From contig JAZQUA010000041.1 in the NCBI GenBank assembly GCA_045631065.1, positions 1-35,076 on the forward strand: a DNA stretch of 35,076 nucleotides, in the 5' to 3' direction. Under the pieces are notes generated by a model. It ran no database searches, had not been told where the DNA came from, and worked only from the letters and a program-made list of their open reading frames with translations. Position numbers and translations under genes: made by a program. This document shows, piece by piece, positions 8,380-15,971 of the stretch; position 1 is the stretch's first letter; every line of letters begins with the position of its first letter. The stretch comes from Candidatus Enterousia sp. Its GTDB lineage: Bacteria > Pseudomonadota > Alphaproteobacteria > Rs-D84.

Positions 8380-9426
8380 CTAGTATTTTACATGTACAAT
8401 CAGGTCGTTTCCAGTACTTTCTAGCCAAGATGTAAAAGCATTTATTTGCCCAGTCATATCAATACAGCCGGCCGAACCCAAATTCCAACCACCATGAATT
8501 GAGAAATCATCACGACCGTATGTGTCGGTTTCTTTTGATGGCTCCAACCATACACGAGAGCTGCCCCACGAATAATAACTCCCTGGCCAGAAACCAATTT
8601 GTTCCCCCACAATAGCAGCTACCCCTAACACAGCGTCAGGCAGCGTTATATACTGCAATTTTTCCTGCCTTGCAACGTATGTGCCTTCGGGGATTGGTCC
8701 TGTGTCTTTCAGGTTTTGGTATTCGGGGCTTCTGTATCCATCTTTGCCCGATACTGCATCCCACGACATAATTGGTTTATCGTTTTCGTACAGTGTAAAT
8801 TTCTTACCATCAAATACCGCATATTGTCCTGGCTTTACATTCACCGGCTTTTCAAAGGTCGCATTTTCAATGCTTTTATTTCTCTCTTTCTTTTCCAGTT
8901 CTTGGTTTATTTTTACTTCTGTCCAGTGGCCGGGTTTGACAGCGCCACGCTCTTTGATTTTTTGTAATTTTCTGAACTTTTCAATCGCATCAAACAGTTT
9001 CTGGTTCGGATACGGATTGGGATTGTCGGCACTTTCGCCAGCACGGGTATCGGGTTCATAGCAATCCAACTGGGTCAGTGATTTTTTTAACCATTCTATA
9101 TCACGTGTATCAACATTTCTGTCCGGGGCAACCGTGCCATGCAGGTTCGATTTGTGCTGTTCTGCGTTTTTGATATCTTGTGGACTCAAAGAACAACCAC
9201 AATGCGGATGAAACGGTGGACCTGATACAACAACCCCGTCAACAATCAATGCAACGCATCCACCACATTCACCACCACAATCAACAGTGGCGTATGTATG
9301 TTCGGGTTCGTCTTCTTCGTATTCTTCCAATTCTTCATCTGTTTCTTCGACTGGCGGTTCTGCGTAGATATCCAGAACCAATTCGCCATTTTCATTCCAG
9401 GTGACCTCATCCCAAATATTGCTCAT
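8380..9426 (-). CDS. Polymorphic-toxin-like protein: MuF-like Cys/His motif + peptidoglycan-binding-like domain + Tlde1/DUF2778 (L,D-transpeptidase-fold) C-terminus
   Basis: CGGC...DG...PPFHPHCGC (MuF-type motif); WLKKSLTQLDCY...LFDAIEKFRKLQKIKERGAVKPG (PG-binding-like); AVSG...GPIPEGTY...WG..RVWLEP...RDDFSIHGG...GSAGCI (DUF2778); RBS AAGGAG before ATG 9426. Confidence 0.75.
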   Translation of the reverse strand: MSNIWDEVTWNENGELVLDIYAEPPVEETDEELEEYEEDEPEHTYATVDCGGECGGCVALIVDGVVVSGPPFHPHCGCSLSPQDIKNAEQHKSNLHGTVAPDRNVDTRDIEWLKKSLTQLDCYEPDTRAGESADNPNPYPNQKLFDAIEKFRKLQKIKERGAVKPGHWTEVKINQELEKKERNKSIENATFEKPVNVKPGQYAVFDGKKFTLYENDKPIMSWDAVSGKDGYRSPEYQNLKDTGPIPEGTYVARQEKLQYITLPDAVLGVAAIVGEQIGFWPGSYYSWGSSRVWLEPSKETDTYGRDDFSIHGGWNLGSAGCIDMTGQINAFTSWLESTGNDLIVHVKY

Positions 9427-9538
9427 CAAAACTCCTTTTGTTAAATAAAAACACCCGCACGTGGCGGGTAATAAAAAAGACGACCAAATGTCGTCCGCTG
9501 AATAAGTGCATTATACCATAAAACACGAAAATTTTCAA
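9427..9538 (-). promoter_or_regulatory. Sigma70 promoter and leader with two terminator-like hairpins upstream of the toxin gene
   Basis: TTGAAA(9538-9533)-17-TATAAT(9515-9510) with extended TG; hairpins GACGAC/GTCGTC+TTTTTT and ACCCGC/GCGGGT+GTTTTT. Confidence 0.7.
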
Positions 9539-9623
9539 TAAAAAATAAAAAACGCTATTCGGCGTTGTTTTATTTCTGGTGGGGACACAGGGACTCCCTC
9601 GCACGCTGCTTTGCACCGGCTAT

Positions 9624-9676
9624 GGGGCATTCCTGACAAATCGCCAGCACTTCGTTTGGCTCTTTTACTCATTGTC
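9624..9676. repeat. 53-bp dispersed structured repeat, copy A (downstream of tRNA-Lys)
   Basis: 47/53 identical to 19467-19519. Confidence 0.88.
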
Positions 9677-9709
9677 GAACCCTTTTACGGGTTCTTCGTC
9701 CCGCGTCAC

Positions 9710-9747
9710 AGAAATAAAAAAAACGCCATTCGGCGTTGTTTTATTTC
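9710..9747 (-). terminator. Terminator after tRNA-Lys
   Basis: AACGCC/GGCGTT stem with long flanking A/T arms and a T-tract on the minus strand. Confidence 0.7.
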
Positions 9748-9823
9748 TGGTGGGGACACAGGGACTCGAACCCTGGACCCAATGATTAAAAGTCATTTGC
9801 TCTACCAACTGAGCTATGTCCCC
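9748..9823 (-). tRNA. tRNA-Lys(TTT)
   Basis: GGGGACATAGCTCAGTTGGTAGAGCAAATGACTTTTAATCATTGGGTCCAGGGTTCGAGTCCCTGTGTCCCCACCA; 76 nt cloverleaf, encoded CCA. Confidence 0.97.
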
Positions 9824-9915
9824 AAAACCGGACCCGGAAAGGGAAAACTTACGTTCTATTTCCGTGGTTCGGGGAAAATTTTGACATATATAAAAACAAA
9901 AATCAAGAAAAAATA

Positions 9916-10611
9916 CTATTTTTTTTCATTTTTTTTATTTTTGTCTTTTTGAACATCGGTTGGTATACCAGATAAATGTTTGCTGATATTCAATGCCGCA
10001 ACACTGTCTAAATCCAGCCAATCAAGGATTTTTGTTGTTATAGATTCCATATATTTCGCAGATATGTGACGATTTTTATGAAACTTATTCTCGTTAATAA
10101 AATGTGTCATGGCGCGCGCCAAAGATGATAATATTTGAAGCTGTTCTGATGTCAAGACATCGGTTTGACTGTTACGATACAGCAATGTATCCAAGTCATT
10201 ATGGTATGTATGCATTTTATCAATTCTGTTTCGCGTAATATTCAAGCGTTTGGCAATATCAGATGCACGCCAAGACAACATACGATTTATATTTTCTGTG
10301 GTTGGGCGCCCACGAACTGACAGCATTTCACGCAGTAATAATATCAAATTTATCATCAAATCATTTAATTTGTCCCCTACGCTATTTGCCATGTGCTTTT
10401 TCATCTGGCTGTTGATGCGACTGTTCGTATAGTCATACAACAAAAATACCAATGGAATAGACAACAGTGATGCAGACACATTTATAACCAAATCGCGAAT
10501 ATTGTCATTTGGCGCGTTATCAATCGCACCAGTATAAAGAATTACGCCGCCTGTGATTGATAACAAATACGGTAATGATTTTAAAAAAATATCGCGAAAG
10601 TTGAGTTTCAT
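9916..10611 (-). CDS. Hypothetical membrane protein (two N-terminal TM segments)
   Basis: 231-aa ORF co-oriented with the MFS gene; no family recognised. Confidence 0.7.
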   Translation of the reverse strand: MKLNFRDIFLKSLPYLLSITGGVILYTGAIDNAPNDNIRDLVINVSASLLSIPLVFLLYDYTNSRINSQMKKHMANSVGDKLNDLMINLILLLREMLSVRGRPTTENINRMLSWRASDIAKRLNITRNRIDKMHTYHNDLDTLLYRNSQTDVLTSEQLQILSSLARAMTHFINENKFHKNRHISAKYMESITTKILDWLDLDSVAALNISKHLSGIPTDVQKDKNKKNEKK

Positions 10612-10667
10612 ACAGATATTTTACAAAAATTTCGCGGCAATATGTACAAGAATATATTCACATATGA

Positions 10668-11849
10668 CTAGTCACCAGAAATATCACAACGTTTTCGCAG
10701 CAACAACATTCCCCACAGATAAAGCATCAGCATCATTGCGCCAAGAATCACAATACTGTAACGCCAGCTGCCCAACATAGACCCCAGTCCAACAATACCG
10801 CACACGCCAATATAAATAAAGTAATTCACAGTTGTGTACAACGATAAAACCACAGACCGATGACGTGTTGGTATCATATGCTGTAATCTGGAATACAGTA
10901 ACGTATATATACCATAAAACAATACATACCCAATACCCATCAACCATAAGGTTCCAATACTGTATGTTGCGCCAAACGACATATAACACAATCCCACAAC
11001 CCCAATCAACGCATAAATCAAATTATCAGAAATCTTGGAAAATTTATAGGCAAAACGCTGTCCTACTGTGGCGCACCCCAACAAAAATAGCGACACGACC
11101 CCGATATATTCTGTTGGGATTCCGATTTGCAAACCAATTGGACTTAAAAAATCATCCAGATATGGAATATTTGCCGCCAACAGTGCAAACAACATTGTTG
11201 TTATCAAGCATGGTGTCTGCATACATACACGCACACCTGTACGAAAAATCTTTTTAAATGGCACTATCTTGGCACGTATGTGTTTTGGTGGCGTATATTC
11301 TATGCCCAACAAACAAACAATAGACAACACAATCGCAACAACAGATGCCCACGTTACCCAAGTATAGCCCAAGAACATCAATAATGAACCGAACGCAGAT
11401 AATGCGGTTCCAATTGATTCATATGTCGATTTACGTCCCAAAATTCGCGTATAATCATTACCCATACCGTTGGCATAGACGGAATCATATACCAAGCCTT
11501 CGAATGCAACACCACGAAATCCAGCCTGAACGCCCCACAAGAACATCCCCACAACAAACCCGATATAAGTCGGCGCGACCAACCATAACAATATTGCGAT
11601 GATTTTTAAAATCTGGCCAAAAATCATAGACATACGCTGACCAATTTTATTGGTAATAAATGCGATTGGCATCTGGGCAACAATAGAACCAATGGCAGAC
11701 ACGATAAACATTGTGGATAACTGAAAATCAGTTAAACCGTTTTCCAACATAAAAATAGAATACACAGGGGTCAGCAACAAAAACTTGTTAAAAAACGCAA
11801 AACCATACAAAGAAACCAATAAACGCGTCAATATTTTCCCCTTTGGCAT
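10668..11849 (-). CDS. MFS transporter
   Basis: About 12 TM segments; motif-A-like FITNKIGQR; SGxxEALxYD-like GVAFEGLVYDS; IPTRHRSVVLS. Confidence 0.85.
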   Translation of the reverse strand: MPKGKILTRLLVSLYGFAFFNKFLLLTPVYSIFMLENGLTDFQLSTMFIVSAIGSIVAQMPIAFITNKIGQRMSMIFGQILKIIAILLWLVAPTYIGFVVGMFLWGVQAGFRGVAFEGLVYDSVYANGMGNDYTRILGRKSTYESIGTALSAFGSLLMFLGYTWVTWASVVAIVLSIVCLLGIEYTPPKHIRAKIVPFKKIFRTGVRVCMQTPCLITTMLFALLAANIPYLDDFLSPIGLQIGIPTEYIGVVSLFLLGCATVGQRFAYKFSKISDNLIYALIGVVGLCYMSFGATYSIGTLWLMGIGYVLFYGIYTLLYSRLQHMIPTRHRSVVLSLYTTVNYFIYIGVCGIVGLGSMLGSWRYSIVILGAMMLMLYLWGMLLLRKRCDISGD

Positions 11850-11947
11850 AAATTATACATATTTTTCGACAAAAAAACACAGGAATTATTGATTTTTTAG
11901 CATTTTTGCACTATAATAACATGAGTAAAACAAAAGGCACATACGAT

Positions 11948-13762
11948 ATGGCATTTGAAACCAAAAATTTCATTATTGATTTAGCGATGCAGTTAAATCT
12001 GAACAACATGGACGATGCTACGCGTGCCAGATTGGCTGACCTGAAAAAAAAGGGTGTTGCAACCAAAGATCAAAATTCGTGGGAACCCGGCAAGGAACCC
12101 CCAACGATAGATACAATAACACCTGCAACTGCAACAACCCCAGCAATATATAAATATAATGGAAATCCTGTCGCTGGTGGTGCCGCTCCTGTGGTTAATG
12201 ACTTAAATGATTTGTACTTAAAACTGGTAGTCATATTACGCGACTTGGCGGCAGATTCTGAATTAAGTGCCGAAGATCCTGTAAAATCATTTTTAAACAA
12301 TTTTTATGGTGCCGGTAAGGCTGTTGAACCTTATACAGCAAGCGCCCTACCCGCAACAGATGCGGCAGATATTGGAAGATACATTTCAGCAAACAAAGTT
12401 CTGTTGGCTGCAGGGATGGGTATTTCTGAAAACGATTTAGATTCATTGGCTGGAACTTTAACTGGTGGCACGTACAATACCAATGCAAAATCATTAAAAA
12501 CATTCGACAAATTTTTGGTCGGATTATATAACTGGAACGATAATGGTGGCGCGCGCCCAATACCAGGTGCTTTGCCCGGCTGTTTAATCACAGGTGGCGA
12601 TATAGATTATGGAAAATTATTTGGCATAAGAAGCACCATTAATACACCAGTCAATCCAAATTCTGCACAATTAACACAATTGTCAGACAATATAAATAAA
12701 ATGTTTGGCAAATTGGTGTCTAATGAAAAATTATTTGAAAAATTTCAAAGCAAAGACGAAGACGGCAAAGTTTCAAATTGGATTTCCAAAGGTATAAATA
12801 AATCCAATTATAAAACCGGTGATAATGCACTGGCACCAAAATATGATGATCGCAAACAATTTTGGGATGACACCAAGGCAAAGATACAAGATTGGTATGT
12901 TGACACGCTTGGAAAATTAGAACAAAAGCATACTCGTCACCTATATACAACAAATGCCAGATATATTGTTGCAGGATTGATAAAAAAAGGGGTCAAACCA
13001 ACAGATGGCACCGGCAAAATATTAGATACATTGGATGCAATAAATGGTGATTTACCAAACCCTGTACAAAAACAAGTTAAATGGATTAAAGACACCCTTA
13101 AAAAAATGAAAGGCACAAATTTCTTTAAGGATGCACTGCGTGATGGCGACCAGATGCGCCAACTGGTTCAAGAAATCATCAAGGCTGCCGCACACGATGG
13201 AAAAAAAGAAGAAGCCAAGGTTGCATTGGAAATGCTGGCTGTAATGCGATATACGTTAACAACATCGTCTGTGCGCGATCAATTGAAAAAGACAGAATTT
13301 AAACTGTTTTCTGACAGCAGTTTGTCTTTTAACAAAGGCAATAAATTTATGCAATCAATGACAAATGCGCTGGATAAAACATTAAAGTTTGGCATGATGG
13401 CTGCGTTTGAAGTTGGAAACTTTGCAAAAAATTCAATCAAACAACAGGGCTTAAAATTTGGCAGTGGCACACAAAATCTGGACAAACGAACAACAGACAG
13501 CGTAGATTATGCAGACCCAGACAAACAACAAATTATGGAAGAACTGTTTGGTTTTTGGGATTTTGTAAATTCTTCTGCAAATACCAAGGATTATAACATA
13601 TTCCAAAGACATTCAAATGCACAAAAAAAGCAAGATGCAATCAACAAGGATAAAATTACTGTAAATCTGACAGCAGGATCGCTGGATTTGGAACATAATA
13701 CAAACCAACAGAAACAGTTCTTGGAATATCTGCGTGATAATAACATTGGACGCGCGGCTTGA
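11948..13762 (+). CDS. Large hypothetical protein (about 604 aa)
   Basis: Long ORF with genome-like codon usage; start set at ATG 11948 after AAAGG (ATG 11922 also possible); no family recognised. Confidence 0.75.
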   Translation: MAFETKNFIIDLAMQLNLNNMDDATRARLADLKKKGVATKDQNSWEPGKEPPTIDTITPATATTPAIYKYNGNPVAGGAAPVVNDLNDLYLKLVVILRDLAADSELSAEDPVKSFLNNFYGAGKAVEPYTASALPATDAADIGRYISANKVLLAAGMGISENDLDSLAGTLTGGTYNTNAKSLKTFDKFLVGLYNWNDNGGARPIPGALPGCLITGGDIDYGKLFGIRSTINTPVNPNSAQLTQLSDNINKMFGKLVSNEKLFEKFQSKDEDGKVSNWISKGINKSNYKTGDNALAPKYDDRKQFWDDTKAKIQDWYVDTLGKLEQKHTRHLYTTNARYIVAGLIKKGVKPTDGTGKILDTLDAINGDLPNPVQKQVKWIKDTLKKMKGTNFFKDALRDGDQMRQLVQEIIKAAAHDGKKEEAKVALEMLAVMRYTLTTSSVRDQLKKTEFKLFSDSSLSFNKGNKFMQSMTNALDKTLKFGMMAAFEVGNFAKNSIKQQGLKFGSGTQNLDKRTTDSVDYADPDKQQIMEELFGFWDFVNSSANTKDYNIFQRHSNAQKKQDAINKDKITVNLTAGSLDLEHNTNQQKQFLEYLRDNNIGRAA

Positions 13763-13890
13763 TTTTTTTGTTGATTTGTGGTATAATATGCACATACGTC
13801 ACTGGGAACAGTGGCGTTTGTTTTTTGTACCCTGCCCTGCACAATCGACGGCAGGGATTTTTTTAGCTAAAACAAATAAAAGGATTTTAT
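13759..13890 (+). promoter_or_regulatory. Sigma70 promoter and leader with two terminator-like hairpins upstream of the Mtd_N-like gene
   Basis: TTGATT(13759-13764)-17-TATAAT(13782-13787) with extended TG; CGTCACTG-GGAA-CAGTGGCG+TTTGTTTTTT; CCCTGCC...GGCAGGG+ATTTTTTT. Confidence 0.72.
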
Positions 13891-14454
13891 ATGACACGTG
13901 TTTTACAAATCAGACGCGGTACAGCCGCACAACATAAAAACTTTGTCGGGTTGCCTGGCGAAATTACAATGGATACAGATAATAAAACAATTCGTCTGCA
14001 CGACGGTATAACATTGGGTGGGATAACTGTTGGCACTGGTGGCAACGGTGATAACGATTTTGATATCAACAGTGTACCTGATGAATTCTGGGCAGACATT
14101 GTTGCAAAACATATGCCTGCCCCATTCAAAGTTATTGAAACAAAACAAATAACTTTTACAAATAATTCCGCAGGCAAAGAACTGGTCGTTGGTGGTACAG
14201 ACATCCCAAAATTTATACAAACTGTACTGGTATGTCAATCAGCCGAAGCAGGTTATTCTGTCGGTGATGAAGTGTGGAGCTGGGGTATCGGAAACCGCGC
14301 AAATCCAAACCCACAACCCGCATATGACCAAGACGGACTGAGAATTAAAATGATGATAAATAACGAAGCCTTTTGGGTTAACCACAAGAACACAGGTGCA
14401 AAAACATCGATAACAGATACAAATTGGCGCATTTTATACCGAGTTTACTGTTGA
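13891..14454 (+). CDS. Phage fibre-like protein with Mtd_N (major tropism determinant N-terminal)-like domain
   Basis: N-terminus LQIRRGTAAQHKNFVGLPGEITMDTDNKTIRLHDGITLGG matches the Mtd_N/phage fibre head consensus; RBS AAAGGA. Confidence 0.75.
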   Translation: MTRVLQIRRGTAAQHKNFVGLPGEITMDTDNKTIRLHDGITLGGITVGTGGNGDNDFDINSVPDEFWADIVAKHMPAPFKVIETKQITFTNNSAGKELVVGGTDIPKFIQTVLVCQSAEAGYSVGDEVWSWGIGNRANPNPQPAYDQDGLRIKMMINNEAFWVNHKNTGAKTSITDTNWRILYRVYC

Positions 14455-14503
14455 AAATAAAAAATAGCTTTGCTATGCTTGGGGCGAAGAAAAAGGATTT
14501 CAT

Positions 14504-15745
14504 ATGTATATACTTGCATTAAATTGTGGCTCTTCGTCCCTGAAATATCAGGTTTTTGACGCAGAAACTAAAACAGCTGTTGTTGGTGGTAACGTTGAAA
14601 AAATCGGTTTGGCTGATTCTTTCTTGACCCAAAAATACCCAGACGGCACAAAACAAAAGAAAGTTGTTTCTATGCAGAATCATGACGAAGCATTAAATAA
14701 TGTTTTGATGATGTTGCGCGAAGCATCAATTGACTTGAACGAAATCAAGGGTGTTGGCCACCGTGTTGTTATGGGGGGCGATAAATTTGCATCTTCTGTT
14801 GAAATCACAGACGAAGTTATCAAAACTATCGATAAACTGTCACCTTTGGCACCATTACACAACCCACCTGCACTGCGTGGTATTATGACTGCACAACAGT
14901 TGTTGCCAAACGCAAAGCAAGTTGCTGTATTTGATACTGCGTTCCATCAGACAATGCCAGATTACGCATACCGTTATGCTGTGCCAATGGCTTGGTACAA
15001 AGAACTGGGGGTTCGCAGATATGGATTCCATGGAACCAGCCACCTGTACGTTTCAAAACGCGCCGCAAAAATGCTGGGCAAGAATGCCAAAGACTGCAAC
15101 TTTATCACAATGCATATCGGTTCTGGGGCATCTGCAACCGCAATCCGTAACGGTGTTTCTGTTGATACATCTTTGGGTATGACACCGCTGTCTGGATTGA
15201 CAATGGGTACACGCCCAGGCGATTTGGATCCAGGTGTTGTTCTGTACGTTATGGAACAATTGCAATTGTCACCTGCACAAATGCAGACTCATTTAAGCAA
15301 AGATTCCGGTCTGAAAGGTATTACTGAATGCTTTGTTGACCGTCGTGACGTAGAAGAAAATAAATCTACAAACGATTTGTGCCGCTTGGCCATCGATACC
15401 GAAGTTCACAATGTAAAAAAATACATCGGTGCATATATGGCAGAACTGGGCCACGTTGATGCAATTATCTTTACAGCAGGTGTTGGCGAAAATGACGATT
15501 ATCTGCGCGAAAAGTTCTGTACAGGATTGGAAGAACTGGGCATCAAACTGGATGTTGAAAAGAACGCAAAGTCATTGGCACGTTTGGGCGTTGACGAAAC
15601 AGAAATCAGCACACCAGACAGCAAGGTAAAGGTATTTATGATTCCAACAAACGAAGAATTGGTTATCGTTGAAGATACCTTGGCTATTATGAACGGCACA
15701 TATAATCCAAACCACTTGGAAATGGATTACAGCTTTTCAAAATAA
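14504..15745 (+). CDS. ackA: Acetate kinase
   Basis: LNCGSSSLKY, GHRVV, APLHNP, VFDTAFHQT, RRYGFHGTSH, FTAGVGEN, IPTNEE. Confidence 0.97.
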   Translation: MYILALNCGSSSLKYQVFDAETKTAVVGGNVEKIGLADSFLTQKYPDGTKQKKVVSMQNHDEALNNVLMMLREASIDLNEIKGVGHRVVMGGDKFASSVEITDEVIKTIDKLSPLAPLHNPPALRGIMTAQQLLPNAKQVAVFDTAFHQTMPDYAYRYAVPMAWYKELGVRRYGFHGTSHLYVSKRAAKMLGKNAKDCNFITMHIGSGASATAIRNGVSVDTSLGMTPLSGLTMGTRPGDLDPGVVLYVMEQLQLSPAQMQTHLSKDSGLKGITECFVDRRDVEENKSTNDLCRLAIDTEVHNVKKYIGAYMAELGHVDAIIFTAGVGENDDYLREKFCTGLEELGIKLDVEKNAKSLARLGVDETEISTPDSKVKVFMIPTNEELVIVEDTLAIMNGTYNPNHLEMDYSFSK

Positions 15746-15750
15746 AAAAT

Positions 15751-15780
15751 AAAATCCCCCGTTTGGGGGATTTTTCTTTT
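15751..15780 (+). terminator. Rho-independent terminator after ackA
   Basis: AAAATCCCCC-GTTT-GGGGGATTTTTCTTTT. Confidence 0.85.
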
Positions 15781-15864
15781 CCCTCATCCCCACACAGGTG
15801 GGAATAACGTTTTTTTGGAATTGTAGCGGAACACAATGGATCCCGACCTGCGTCGGGATGACGG
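15781..15864. repeat. Palindromic element, RPE/dRS3-like
   Basis: Outer inverted ends CCCTCATCCC...GGGATGACGG, each arm itself a hairpin (CCCAC/GTGGG; ATCCCGAC/GTCGGGAT). Confidence 0.65.
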
Positions 15865-15971
15865 TGTGTTTGGTTTTCCTACCGACCAGGATGCTCGCGA
15901 CAACTTACACCAATCACTAACCACTATTTTATTATTGAATCCGGGCGTTTTTTTCACTAAATTTATTATAT

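Larger units (their letters stand above)
9551..9767. repeat. Direct repeat (46 bp, 1 mismatch, period 171 bp) containing the tRNA-Lys 3' end and terminator
   Basis: 9551-9596 vs 9722-9767: AACGC(T/C)ATTCGGCGTTGTTTTATTTCTGGTGGGGACACAGGGACTC. Confidence 0.92.

Noticed and set aside
9624-9680. Hammerhead ribozyme in the 53-bp element
   Set aside because: CTGACAA does not fit the CUGANGA core and no correctly placed GAAA/cleavage triplet is conserved in both copies.
9551-9767. CRISPR array, or attL/attR enclosing the toxin locus
   Set aside because: Only two copies with a 125-bp spacer, the repeat is tRNA-derived and there are no cas genes; the repeats enclose no gene and I found no third copy beyond the toxin/lysozyme genes.
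9828-9872. Imperfect inverted repeat upstream of tRNA-Lys as a separate ncRNA
   Set aside because: Adequately explained as a structured pre-tRNA 5' leader; no independent promoter/terminator or recognisable family.
13891-14454. Diversity-generating retroelement target (Mtd)
   Set aside because: Only the N-terminal Mtd-like domain is recognisable; no reverse transcriptase, avd or template/variable repeat pair seen in the window.
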